Below the pieces are notes generated by a model that worked only from the letters and a program-made list of their open reading frames with translations, was not told the DNA's origin and did no database searches. Positions 16,499 through 30,749 of a stretch of 64,000 nucleotides of DNA are shown here, one piece after another (position 1 is the first letter of the stretch; the number at the start of each line of letters is the position of its first letter). Position numbers and translations under genes: made by a program. Source of the DNA: the human T2T-CHM13v2.0 reference genome, Homo sapiens; assembly GCF_009914755.1 (NCBI RefSeq), contig NC_060942.1. One strand, written 5' to 3'.

Positions 16499-17219
16499 AG
16501 GAATCAAATTTTAACATGAGATATGGATGTGTCAAATATTCGAACCATAGCAAATTGTATCCTTTATCATGTCCTTTACTAAGATAAAAAACTGGTAAAA
16601 ACAAAAACAAAAAAAAACAAGTGAGTTCTGTGAGCTGCTCTAACAAATTAACTGAACCCAAGAATGGGGTCATGGAAACCTCTGATTTGTTATACAAGTG
16701 AGGCAGAGTTGTGGGTAAGCAGGGAACCTACTTCTTGTGATTTGTAGTTGAAATTGTGGCAGAGGGGCAGTCATATGAGATTGAGCCTTTAACCTGTGGG
16801 TGTCTGCACAACTCAGATTAGTGTTGGAATTGAATCAAACTGGGACACCCAGTTGGTATCTCAAAATTATTTGATGTGGAGAAAAATCCCCACACATATG
16901 GCCACAGAAGTATTCTGCAGCGAATGTTGAACATATAGGAGGGGAAGCTGTTTGTTTTTTCTCTCTATACACCAAGGCATGGTCTACTCATGGCAGTAAC
17001 AGAAGCAAAATAGAACAGAAGAAACCAAACAAGGCCACTGCGATCAACGCCCCAATAACATATTGTCACTTCTGCCTTTTTTTATTGGCCAAAGCAAGCC
17101 ACAGAAACAGTCTATAGTGTTCCCCACCTGAGTCTCAGTGCTCATGTGGGAGACTGTTCCTGTTCTGTCTTCAGTCCTGGATGACCAGACCATTTTCTAC
17201 CTTCTATTCTTTTATTCCT

Positions 17220-17600
17220 TTTCATTTCAGTTCAGTTCAATTCTGATCAACGTAATTGCATTGAGCCCCTACTATGCACCCCAGCCCACTCTGCAGGGAG
17301 CACTGGGAATACAACACACAAAAACAAACTCAGAAGCTTCCCTCTAATATGCCTCGACGGGTCATGGTAATATAATGCAGCCACTGTTATAATCAGAGAG
17401 CATGTGGGGTGCAATGGGAACATCCAGATGGGCGCTCAGCACGGGTTGGGAACAGAGCAGCCTTTGGGAAGCGACTTTGTAGAGACTTTAAGGAGTTTGA
17501 GTTAGCAAGGTGAAAATAAAAAGTGAAAAGATTTTCTAGGCACAAGAAACTGTGAGTAAAGAAGATGGCCATGGAATAATCTGCAGCATGGCAGGAATGA
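17220..17600 (-). mobile_element. L2 fragment
   Basis: ttcatttcagttcagttcaa...cattgagcccctactatgcacc, an L2 3'-end pattern. Confidence 0.55.
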
Positions 17601-18223
17601 AAGATAATTCATGATCATTAAAACATGAATCAGAAAATAAATTGGTTACAATGTTCTGTTTCCTCCGTCTTGATGGCCATGAAGAAAAAAACAAAAAAAT
17701 CCACAAAACCACCCAACCTGAAATGGTTCCATGGGTAACAGGGAGAAAAATATATTATAATATACGACAATAAAAATAATAAAACAACCTTACCCCTTCT
17801 CCTCTCTCTGAGGAGTATCCTGACATTCCCCACTTGAAATTCCCCCTTTCTCCTGGTTCTACCCTCATTATGTAACAGAGGGCAGTAACCAAGGTGGTGA
17901 GAACTGGTAAGAGAGTGAAATCAAGATCCAGGAAGCTTGGAGAAGTAACAAACAGGAAAGCAGCTGGTGTAGATGAGGGCTTTGGAGAGTTTCAGAGGTG
18001 GGATGTGGCTGTGAGATAATTAGAGTTCTGAGGAATAACTGCCCTCCATGTGGCAAGGGCAGCCATGGGGCTGGGATTTTCAATGAGGTTTTATGGTATA
18101 TTATTCATGTCTCCCCTGTCCAACTACTCATTAGAATGTTTTTGTAAGATTACAAAAAAAAAAAAATAGAGTTTTCTTCTAGACTGCTGTTCCTAGTAAT
18201 ACAACTCTTTCTTATATTTCCAG

Positions 18224-18770
18224 ATACATATTTTTGTATATATTTAAAATGATTAGGAGTGGTTGTATGAAAATCTAGTTTCCACATTTTCGCCAAGTAA
18301 TACTGCTATTCTTTACTACTATGGGAATGTCCATTCAAGAGTCAAGTTCTTTTTCAGAAGTAGGTTAAAAAAAGTTTCCAATAATTTTAGCAAATATTTC
18401 TGATTTGTCTTCAAAGTTGATTAAAAGAAATGTATCTAAGTCATCAAAATGCTTTGTACATCAGAACCTAAAAGAGAAGGAAAGACATTCCCCTCCCTAT
18501 AGATATAAATACCAATCCACATATTTGAGCTCAATTCTGCTTCAATGAACTGAAAATTGCATATACTATGTTGAATTGCATTCGAAGCGTTGAATCATTT
18601 TCTCAACATCAATACATCTTCAAAGAAACTGACATGGGAAAAAATCAGACTTTTGAAAGTCATTGAATTTCAATCAGCAATTCATTACACAAATTTCAAA
18701 TGTGGGAGCAATTATGTCTAAGTTTTCTTGGAATTGAGTTTTATCAGAGAAGTACAAATGATTATATATA
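18224..18770 (+). pseudogene. Pseudo-exon with RGS-like motifs
   Basis: Acceptor ttcttatatttccag; LKEMYLSHQNALYI and MWEQLCLSFLGIEFYQ vs LMEKDSYxRFLxSxxY. Confidence 0.45.
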
Positions 18771-19042
18771 GGCTTCAACTATCTCATGGCCTTTAAGGAA
18801 ACTTAATCCCCGTCTGAAGTATTCATATTTAGTTCTGACTGCTACTCTTCCTGTGGACTTCCTGAAGGAACTATTCCTCCCTCTTCACAGACACAAACCC
18901 TTTCACTACTTGTCTGTTCTTCTTAATATTTTAAAGGGAATATGTGATTTATCAGTTGCATGTATTTCAAAGTTAATTTCAATAACATTCCTGTGAAATC
19001 TAATAACTACCTTTTTTCCATTTGCTCTTCATATTTGTATAG

Positions 19043-19231
19043 ATTCTGAGAGGAATTGCTGAAAAGGATGGGGACTCTGAGCTACATATGCATAGCATTG
19101 ATTTCAGTGAGAAAACTACATATTTTTGACCATATGAAAAAAAATCTGTTCTTGAATTTTGATGATATTTGCATAGTTTTTAAATTACCTCTGGCAGAAA
19201 AATTATGTCAAAGATGAACCTAAACAAAAGG
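19043..19231 (+). pseudogene. Pseudo-exon (RGS helices 2-3)
   Basis: Acceptor ...tatttgtatag, donor g|gtgagt; FLNFDDICIVFK/NYLWQ with one frameshift. Confidence 0.5.
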
Positions 19232-20079
19232 GTGAGTGGCATGTAATTAAATATCACGTGGGAGTGAAGGATTGTCTAGAAAGTCAGCCCAAACATTTAT
19301 GGCTTTGTGGGGTATGTGCTAATTTTGTATCTAACCCAGGAATCTCACCACTCCATAAATACTCAAGCTTCTAAAACACACTTTGAACCAGTCATAACAT
19401 CTTACTGCTCTCCATCAATGATGAGTTAAATAAATTTTTTTACATGTGATCATTTTGTATTTGTGTGAGAGACATGATTTTTTTTTCCTGAAAATTATAC
19501 TTAAACTTTCCAATTCCCCAAGACAGTCAGAATCCTTGATAATAAAGATAAGACAAAGATAATGATCCAAATAAAATTTTCTGCGAAAAAGAAGATTTAA
19601 AATTGAGTGGAAATTTTAGATCAGTCCATGAACAGGTAGAGTATTAATATGTAAGCAAGAGAATTTGGTCCGATCTGAGCATTGTCAGTAACAAATTTTT
19701 TAAGTTTTAAGAAGTAATTTAATTATTCCAGAATTTCTCATTTCTTTAAAAAGGAAGCTATCTAATACATGGAGTTCTGCATTTCAAGGAATGAAATTAC
19801 CTTGCTCAAATAGAGGCATATATATGTAAATATAAAGCATAGTGGAAGTGGAACTTGATGGGCAGTAAGTAAAATGCTAAAAATAAAGGAACGAAAGTGT
19901 GTTTTTCAAAGTGAGTTCTAATTTGTTGGATGCCGTCTTTAAATGCTTAAGATACAAAAACAAACTCAAAGGGAAAACAAAAGTAAATTGTGACAGTTAT
20001 CTTCCATTTTTAAAGATTTTAATTTAACTTTCAAATAACATGAAAACTTTTCCCAGATAATAGTTTATCTTTTTCACAG

Positions 20080-20255
20080 AAGTTTGATATTGCAGCAATA
20101 AGTCTGTGAAAGAAGCTTTTCTATTTGACCAAAAATTAATTTTATTTCCTATGTATCTTTGGCAATAAGAGGACACCTCATGATTTGTGGACATTATGTC
20201 ATGTGTTTTGTGACGTTTGATAAGAACATGACACTAGGCTTGGTGAACATTTAAG
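20080..20255 (+). pseudogene. Pseudo-exon (RGS helices 2-4)
   Basis: Acceptor tctttttcacag, donor aag|gtagtt; SVKEAFLFDQKLILFPMYLWQ*EDT/HDLWTLCHVF vs SLENL..HECGLAAFKAFLKS...DFWISCEEY. Confidence 0.6.
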
Positions 20256-20402
20256 GTAGTTTCCATTCGGATGCATAGCCCACGGGGTGAATTCCTGATG
20301 CACAGGGCTAGTGTATGAGATCACCTCAGCAATGTGTAATTAGTGTGTTTCAATAAACAGCATGTCTCCTTGTGAAGCACGGGGAATTGAAAGCACCCAT
20401 GA

Positions 20403-20566
20403 TTTAAATTATTTATTTCTGCCTTTATTATTTTATTACTATTAGTCTTTTAAAGATATAAATCACAAGTGATTTATATATAAAACCACTCTACTTTTAA
20501 ATTTTTATTTCTGCTTTTATTATTTGATTACCACTAGTCTTTTAAAAAATATAAAAGTAGAGTGGT
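20403..20566. repeat. Direct repeat of about 60 bp with nested inverted repeats
   Basis: 20403-20462 resembles 20496-20555; accactctactttta and taaaagtagagtggt are reverse complements; hairpin atataaatcac-aa-gtgatttatat. Confidence 0.85.
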
Positions 20567-20642
20567 CATTTGCATATTCTTAGATTTACTAGTATTATAA
20601 CGTACTTGCGTCAAGCAAGTTATGTTTCAAGAAAAATGTTCA

Positions 20643-21062
<420 letters not shown>

Positions 21063-21113
21063 TTACCTCTAAATTGAATGTGTGGTGTGATGGCCTGCTG
21101 GCATTATATGTTA

Positions 21114-21521
<408 letters not shown>

Positions 21522-21799
21522 AAAATAAGTTTTTCATTTGTTGAATGAAACAGTTGTGCTAAATGATCCCTAAAGAACATTTCAATTTCCAAATTTTATA
21601 TTTTATGACCATATTTTATGTGGCTCCAGAATGCATTGCAAATCATAGGTATTAAGTAGATGTTTAGTAAATAATGAATAGATATTGAGGAGAAGTTCTT
21701 CTTTGGGAAGACCTGTGTTTTGCTCTGCCCATTTGATTGTTGCGTAGAATTATTTTCTTTTGGGGTAGAGAGAGATTACATTGTATTTTCTCTTTCTTT

Positions 21800-23270
21800 T
21801 AAAATTTTATTTCATTGTGGTAAGAACATTTAACATAAGATCTACTCTCCAAGAAGTTAAGTTCATGATACACTATTGTTAACAATAGGTACAATGATCT
21901 ACAGCAGATCTCTAGAGCTTATTTATCTTGCTTAACTAAAACTTTGTGCCCATTAATTAATAAGTCCTCATTTCCCCCTCTAGCCCTTGGCAACTACCAT
22001 TCCACACTTTGATTCTATGAATTTGACTATATATGATAATTCCCGTAAGTGGAATCATGCAGTTTGTCCTTCTGTGGCAAGCTTATTTCACTCAGCATGT
22101 CCTCAAGGTTCATCATGCTGTTATTATTTCAGAACTCTTTTTGTAAGACTAAATAGTATTTCCTTATGTTTATATACAACATTTTCTTTATCAATTTATC
22201 CATGTATGGTTTTTTATACATCTTCGCTATGGTAAATACTGCTGCAATAAATACTGCTGCAATAAATACTGCTGCAAGATCAATTAAGATCTTGGTTTTA
22301 ATACTTTTAGATAGATGCAAATAAGTAAGATTGCCGGATCATATGGTAGCTCTATTTTTAATTTTTTTGAGGAACATCCATATTATTTTCCACAGGGGCT
22401 GCACTATTTTGTATTCCCACCAACGGTGTCCAAGGATTCTAATTTTTGTACATTCTTGTCAACACTTTTTTTCTCTTTTTTTGATAACAGCCATTCTGAC
22501 ATGTGTGAAGTAATATCTCATTGTGTTTTCAATTTGCATTTCCATGATGACTAACGGTGTTTTTCATTTGTCTCCTGGCCATTAGCATGTCTTTAGAAAA
22601 ATGTCTATATATGTCTTTAGCCCATTTTTTAATTGAGTTATTAACTTTATTATTGACATTATGGGAATTTCTTATATATTTCAAAGATTAACCCCTTATC
22701 AGATACATAGTTTTCAAATATTTTCTCCCATTCTGTAGGTTGCTTTTTCAATCTCTTGATTATTTTGCAAATAGCTAAATCAAGCTTGAGAAGCAAGGAC
22801 AAATCTGAAGGAATTACACTGCCTGATTTCAAACTATAATAGAAATCTATAGTAATCAAAACATTGTGATACTAGCATAGAGATGGACATATGGACCAAT
22901 GGAACAGGATAAAGAGTGCAGAAATAAACCCACATTTATATGGTGAACTGATCTTCAACAAGGATGCCAAGAATACACAATGGAGAAAGAATAGTCTCTT
23001 CAACAAATGGTGTTAGGAAAACTGGATATCCACACGCAGAAGAATGAAATTTGATTCTTATCTTACACCATACACAAAAACTAACTCAAAATGGATTGAA
23101 GACTTAAATGTAAAACCTCTACAAGAAAAGCCAGAGAAACACTCTGTGACATTGGTCTTGGCAATAATGTCATAGATATGACACCAAAAGCACAGACAAC
23201 ACAACCAAAATAAGCAGGACTACATCATACTAGAAAGTTTCTGCATGGCAAAGGAAATAATCAACAGAAT
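21800..23270 (-). mobile_element. L1MA-type element with 5' inversion (minus 21800-22768, plus 22769-23270)
   Basis: Antisense 3' UTR and ORF2 up to [11 protein letters not shown], then sense ORF2 from GITLPDFKL ending near the same breakpoint. Confidence 0.85.
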
Positions 23271-23677
23271 GCATGGCAGAATTTCATCTTTTAAAATCAA
23301 AAGATCATAATCTTGTGCTTTGAAATGCAGGAGCATCAAACTGTATAAGAAATGCATACTGATGTTAAAATATGGGCCAATGTATTTCAATGTATGAGGA
23401 ATACTTTTGGAAAATTCTTATCAATATTCAGGAGACTTTATTTTTTGATAACATATAGATTAAATTTAAAAAAATGAAATAAAACTGAAAACCACTTGTG
23501 TTTTCTCTTCCTCCAACTTATACACTAGATAAGGGCATGTCATTAGGCAGTTGAGGTAAACTCCAATTCTGCCACTTAAAAATAAGACTAACTTCTCTGA
23601 ACCTTTGTTTCTTCCTCTATGATCTAGAGATAAGAAAACCTGCTTGTGATTAATATACATTCAGATGAAGACTAAAA

Positions 23678-23971
<294 letters not shown>

Positions 23972-24158
23972 TTACATATACAAATTCGGTAAGGGGATAG
24001 CAGAGGTATTATCATCAACATCTAATAGATTAAAAAATGGAAATCACAAGTGGTTTTGAGATTTTCAGAAAAAATGTTATAATAATATAAAACCCCGACA
24101 ATGACTGGAGCACAGGTTTCTTGACTCCAAGGCTCGAATGCTTCATTTTCCTATAAAG

Positions 24159-25263
24159 TATGGGAGGTTACTGTTGGGTATAGGCCGGTATTTTTAACCT
24201 TTATTTGTTCAAATGTGTTCAGATGTCACAAGAGAGATTTTGGCTATCAAATTGAAGTGAAAGTTCAATACTTTTATCATTATAATTGCATTTTATTCTG
24301 GAGAGTGTAAAACATACTTATAAAAATAGAATAATCACATATTTGAACTCATAAAGAGCAAGGTCAAAGCAGAATACCAAATATTTTGAGTCAAATATTA
24401 ACAATATATCAAAAGCTAAGATAAATAGGAGAAATATTTAAAGCAACAAATAATATACAGGAAATTCTTTCATGAATATGCTTCTATATAGAAAATTAAA
24501 GTAGATGGCATAAATTTTACATGCTCAACAAAAAAGTAAACCTAAATGGAAATCTTTTATAGCCTACAGATTTTAAAAATAAAGAAGCAACTTAGGTTAC
24601 ATCTAAAAAATAAATAATACACATAAAAGAACAAAGCAAAAAATGTACAAACCTGGCCCAAGGTACTTTGTCTAACAGTAAAAGACTTCATTTTAGAAAA
24701 TATAAAAATCTCTCTCATTTTTTAAATTCTTGGTTTCTTTGGGATTTTATGTGTAATCTGTTACTAGTTACAAAGTCCCCCCAAACAATGATAATAACAA
24801 TAATAAAAACCCTTGACGAAAATTATACATTGAAAAATTTTATAAGTACGTACCTCCAATACATATTTTGCTGGGGAGGTAGATTTAAGTTTATATAGCC
24901 TGTACATTGTTGTGAACACAAATAACAACAAGGCTGAAGTGAAGCAACAAATCTGTCTTACAAGATCACAAATAAAACATAAACAGTAGGAGGTCTCATA
25001 GCTATTTAAGGAACTTCATGGGCTTTGCAAGCCTTTCCACATGAATCGTGGTGTTTTGTCTCCCAAATGCTCTAAAATTATTTTTAAAATGTTGGCAACT
25101 TCACAAATGTTTTATTAACAAAATATACTTTAAGTATATGCTATTTTGTGAAGCAGCAATTGGATGACTTTTCTTATAAGCGTCCATAAACAGTTGGAAC
25201 TTATTGCCAATTAAAGACAGAAAAAGTGCCTGAGTCAAGGATATGATGATGTTACTCACATAG
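24159..25263 (+). pseudogene. Large pseudo-exon with at least two RGS-like domains
   Basis: VFLTFI...NCILFW/ECKTY; LHFRKYKNLSHFLNSWFLW (W at RGS spacing)...LKNFISTYL; VYAIL*SSNWMTFLIS (25134) vs [16 protein letters not shown]; donor ag|gtacta. Confidence 0.65.
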
Positions 25264-25552
25264 GTACTACTACAAGAGATTAAGTTATATCACTTTGAAA
25301 AGCCCATGTGCTAAAGCTATGTTAAATCTGTCAACTGGGCACAGTGTAGAGAGTGAAAAGAATTCTGTGTTAATAGCCTGGGATGCAGGGTCAAATTTTC
25401 CTTGGCTGTACTGCCCGTATAACCTTAAGCAGGACGGTTAAGGTTTCAAGGGAACTGTTTTGGTTACCTGAAAGGCAACCCCCCAGATAATCCCTTGAGG
25501 TGTCTTTGCTGTTTTGCTCTGTGATTCTATCGTTTTGCTCTCATTTTCCTAG

Positions 25553-26010
25553 TCTGAAGGATTAGACATTTCCTAACTTAGAAAGCATGGAACATCTGCT
25601 GTACACCTTCCTTTGTTTTGTCTTTGGGTTATCTTTCATGTCTGTGAGTAACCAAGTCCAAAGTATTTTATATGTGGAAGAGAGATCTCTATGCCATCTT
25701 TTTGGTTCCCAGAAAATGCCTAGGAACCCAGGTGCTGGAAAAAACAAAAATCACATGAAAAGCTATTTTACAATACAGTAAGAATTTCTACTTCAAGTTG
25801 GGTTTATGACATGCCAGTCCATAATCTACAAGCAGAGAAGATGATGAAATAAGCCTTACAGATGGATTCTACCAAGAAAACTCTGAAGTTGCCATTGGAA
25901 AGCAAAAGATACATTATGAGGCAGGTTCCACAATTATAAATTAGATGGAAACCACTCTTCTCCAGTCTTAGAAAGAACTACAATGTGAGAAGCTCAGATT
26001 TATAAATGAT
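25553..26010 (+). pseudogene. Pseudo-exon (RGS helices 5-7)
   Basis: Acceptor tctcattttcctag; VHLPLFCLWVIFHVCE*PSPKYF has the same V.L-P-F spacing as [23 protein letters not shown]; 3' end uncertain. Confidence 0.5.
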
Positions 26011-26414
26011 CAAGTTTATGAATAAAATATAAAATTTTTGTCCTTTCAAATAGATAGTTATTACACAGCTATAAGCCTTGGTAAACATTTAATTTATTTA
26101 ATATAAGATTCTTTTAAAAATTTGAAGATGACAAAGATAACTTTAAATTCCTTTAATAATTAGATAATAGAATCTATGAGCTAGAAAAAACTTCATAAAG
26201 CATTCTGAAGTACGAATTGATAAATTTTAGAGCTTGTTCAGGTTGTAATATTCATCTTATTTCAAAATTTCCTGCACACCCTCAGTGTTGCTGCTATTGA
26301 ATAACATTTCAGACTTTTGCCTAATAAAATTTTTTCTTAGCAAGATTTTTGTTCTGCTATTGGGCTCAAATTCTGTATGATCCAGTATGATTAGTTCCTT
26401 GTATCTTTATTTAG

Positions 26415-27073
<659 letters not shown>

Positions 27074-27231
27074 GTAAATATAGAAGGGACATAGTGGCAT
27101 GGAAGTGTGTTGCTAAGTGAAATTAACTGAGTGTTCAGCACACAGTGCTAAGAATTGGGCTGTGATGTCAGATTGCTTTCACTCAAATCCTTATTCCACT
27201 ATTTATTAATTATAGAATCTTTGGTAAAATA

Positions 27232-28370
27232 GTGTAGTCATCCTTTTATCTGAGGTTTAGCTTTCCATGGTTTCAGTTACTTGCAATCAGCATGGTCCTA
27301 AAATATTAACTAGAAAATTCTATAAAGAAACATTTTCTAACTTTTAAATTACATTCCATTCTGAGTATTATGATGAAATCTCATACTATCTTGCTCTGTC
27401 TTACCCAGGACGCAAATCACTCCTTCATCCAGTATATCCACACCATAGATGCACCCCTTCTGTCAGTCACTTGGTAGTCCTCTGGGTTATCAGATTGACT
27501 TGTAGAGCATCACAGTGCTTGTGTTAAAGTAACTCTTATTTTACTTCATAATGGTTCCAAAGTGCAAGAGTGGTGATGCTGGCAAATCGGATATGCCAAG
27601 GAGAAGCAGTAAAGTGTTCCTCTAAGTACAAATGTGAGTTCTCAATAGAGAAAAAAAGTTATATGCTGAAGTTGCTAAGATCTATAATAAGAACAAATCG
27701 TCTATCGATAATATTGTGAAGAACGAAAAGAAATTTGTGCTAGTTTTGCTGTCACACCTCAAACTGCAAAACTTGTGGCCAAAGTAAGCAATAAGTAGTT
27801 AAGATGAAAAAGGGATTCTATTTGTGGGTAGAAGACATGAACAGACAAAAATCTCAATTGATGGCAATGTGTTGCACCAGAAAGCATCGAGCCTTTATGG
27901 AAACTTTAGCAAAGGATCCCCTGAAACAAGTGACGCCAAGCCATTTACTGCAAGCAAAGGATGGTTACACTGATTCAGGAATACAGAAGGTCAATAGTAG
28001 CCTAATGCTATGTCACAATGCCTGTCATTCACTTCACTTCCTCTCATCACCTAGGCAATACATCACCTCATATCATCCTAAGAAGAAGGATGGGGGTAGT
28101 ACAATAAGATATTTTAAGAGAGAAAGGCATAGAGAGTAAGAGAGAAACAGAACACATTCGTGTAACTTTTATTGTAGTACATTGTTATAATTGTTCCATT
28201 ATATTATTTATTGTTAATAACCTCTTGCTGTGCCTAATTTATAAATTAAACTTTAACATAGATATGTATGTATAGGAAAAGACATACATAGGGTTTAGTC
28301 GTATCTGTTGTTTCATGCATCCACTGGGGATCTTGGTGCATATTCCCCTCAGATAAGGGGGAAACTACTG
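27232..28370 (+). mobile_element. Tigger4 (Zombi) internal-deletion derivative inserted in a MIR
   Basis: Terminal inverted repeats tagtcatccttttatctg and cagataagggggaaactactg+ta; transposase start atgccaaggagaagc; MIR halves on both sides. Confidence 0.8.
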
Positions 28371-28509
28371 TAATATGAATTTTAAGACTCAGTTTCCTTA
28401 TGTGCATAATGGAGATAATAATATATACCTCATAAATGAGACAACGCATATAAATTGCTTCATACCATGCTGGGCACAAAGTAAAAGCCCAAGAGATATT
28501 AGCGTAGCC

Positions 28510-28680
28510 AAGAACACTCTAAGTGCTTTATCTCATGTATCCTCAGCAATACAGTGAGTTAGGTACTATTGTCATCCTCCCCATATTATCAGTGAGGAAA
28601 CCAGGCCAGCGAGAGATTAAGAACTTGCTCAAGGTAACAACAATAGCCCTTGGAGGGGTTTAGATTCTAATCCATCATTC
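28510..28680 (-). mobile_element. MIR
   Basis: Core gtgaggaaaccaggc...gattaagaacttgctcaagg. Confidence 0.65.
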
Positions 28681-29085
28681 TAGGTACATATTTATCATTA
28701 CTGTGTGGCACACAGAAGCCACATACTCAAATGCCTGCAACAGCCTGTTGATAAGACAAATAACTGAAATAACCAGTACAAGTCAATAGAAAATGGGTGC
28801 TTTCACTTTTTACATTTTTTGATACTGTGCTGGTCTGGCAAAGAAATTTCTGAGGCCAAATTTAGTCTGCAGCTTATTTGCAGTCCCTGCACATCCAAGT
28901 ATCTGAAGGTAAATTTACACCGTGGTTAGGCTGGCGTTTGCATACTAATGGAATGGTTGGTTTTCCTCCATTTCTTGGCCCCTAAGTGTCCATAAGTGTG
29001 GAAAATAAAGGAAAGAAAATCTTAGCACTGAGTAAGTGATATGGAACATTCACTTTCCAGGGAGTACTTATTGTCTCTTCTTTAG

Positions 29086-29300
29086 TAATGAGTGGGATCC
29101 TTCTTTATTTTAATATGCTTGATCAACTGTATAACACAGAGGCAGGCATTTTGCAAGTCTTCAAAGGTGGAATGGATGTGTGACTGTTCAAAAATAACTT
29201 AATGAGAAGCAGAATGAATAGATTTATTTTTGGAGTGACTGACTGAGGGGTTTTCCCAGTACCTCTGAAAACACATCAAGTTCTAATAGGATTTTAGAGA
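29086..29300 (+). pseudogene. Pseudo-exon (RGS helices 2-4)
   Basis: Acceptor tctcttctttag; QVFKGGMDV*LFKNNL/EKQNE*IYFWSD. Confidence 0.55.
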
Positions 29301-29499
29301 AAGTTAATTGGAGACTTAGAATCACTGCACTGGATTGTGGACCTTATTCTTCTTTGAGTCATTTTGTGAGTGAAGACAAATTTCTTAACATCTTTGGTCT
29401 ATTTCCTCAGCTATAATTAAAATGGTCTGAAGAGGATTGTCTTTAGATTTTCTTCGATTCTAAAATGTCTCTATGTCCATGCTTTTACCTTAATCTTCA

Positions 29500-30582
29500 T
29501 CCTTTATCAAAATTCACTTTATGGTGACAAGTACACTTTTGGGTGCCTTTGGTATAAATCAAGTTGTGAGAGTTAAAAATTTAGAAGAAATAATTTAAAT
29601 TGTGACATTTTATCAAGCTTGATCAAATCCTGAAATACATCTGTTCTGAGTGTTGTGTTGTGCTGACTCATTTAAAATATTCTAGGTAAGTAATATGATG
29701 TGTAAATATATGGAAAAATTAACCATAATCTGTATTAAAAATGTAGCCTATTTTGTTGATTTATAGAATTATGTTTAAAGACAGGTGGCATGATCTTTTA
29801 GGAGTTAAACAACAGATCTACCGCCCACGAATGAATACTGTGCAAAACCCACCAAGTTCAACAGTCCTTACTCTATTCTGTTAGTTCAGTCCTTGAGGTC
29901 AAGAACTTGTTTTGCACAGTATTCATCTGAGAGCAGTTGATTTGTTGTTTAGCTCCTAAAAGATCATGCCAACTTTCTTTAAACATTAAAGACAGGTGGC
30001 ATGATGTACATTTGGTGTGGTGTGTGGTGCTGTACGTTTCCGCTTCTGGAATGACCCTATTTCCTTTCCCACTTAACTAAACGGCTTGCTCAGCTTGCCT
30101 AAAGAACTTGGTGGTGCCCGTTTTGAACCAGCCTTCATAGAAGGTGTTAGTTACATCAGAGAACAATGAAGAAGACCTTTTCTGAACTGCAAATAGGCTG
30201 CAGCACTGTGGCTATTTGCTAATAAAGGGTTTTAGATTAGTGCTGTTACTAATTTAGTGTGATTATTTTGCACAAGACTTGCTTTCATTGTCAAACACCA
30301 TCTTACAGCAGTGATATGAGAGTGAGGCATATTGCTGTGAAGTACAGCCACTGAAGGCTAATAATATTTACCGAAGGTTCTGACCATCAAATTGGGTTAA
30401 GTCAGTTTAAGACAGTGACAAAATCAAATACATTACCTGGAGAATTCAGAGACGCATATGACCACTTGAGATTAGAATCAAGGGAAATAGAAGCTAGATC
30501 TTTCCTTGGGTAGATAAATAAGATAAGCTGCTGTCAATGATATAAAAAGAAGATAAAGAAAGATATACATTAAAGAATTAAT
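29500..30582 (+). pseudogene. Two pseudo-exons separated by an 81-bp GTAAGT...TATAG intron (29686-29766)
   Basis: In-phase join KYSR|IMFKDRWHDLL vs [11 protein letters not shown]; then CTFGVVCGAVRFRFWNDPISF...LPKEL; donor at|gtgagt at 30582. Confidence 0.55.
29771..30005. repeat. Inverted repeat (arms 29771-29859 and 29903-29986) plus 20-bp direct repeat
   Basis: About 10 mismatches and one 5-nt indel between arms; ttaaagacaggtggcatgat at 29775 and 29986. Confidence 0.95.
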
Positions 30583-30749
30583 GTGAGTATCCTTTTTCCT
30601 GACTCATTCAGGGTAGGGTGGGACCCAATGAGGTTGTTGTAATAGATCTGAGCAGGCTGAAATAGAGATATTGTGGCCTTCTATGTTATTCTTAATTTCT
30701 TAATTATTCTTGATTAATTTAAATGATATATTTGTGAAGTTAAGTTCTC

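Noticed and set aside
18330-18470. Minus-strand exon-like stretch (KHFDDLDTFLLINFEDK)
   Set aside because: No family match and no supporting minus-strand exons; the + strand reading fits the wider pattern
25587-25643. Signal-peptide-like MEHLLYTFLCFVFGLSFMS followed by gtgagt
   Set aside because: An overlapping frame fits RGS spacing better and continues past the apparent donor; no upstream promoter evidence
29447-29500. FSSILKCLYVHAF resembling RGS helices 2-3
   Set aside because: Overlaps the 3' end of a MIR-like element (about 29310-29470), so the match may be chance; not counted as evidence
30089-30121. LSLPKELGG resembling a LINE reverse-transcriptase motif
   Set aside because: No other RT motifs nearby; it lies in frame with an RGS-like FW motif
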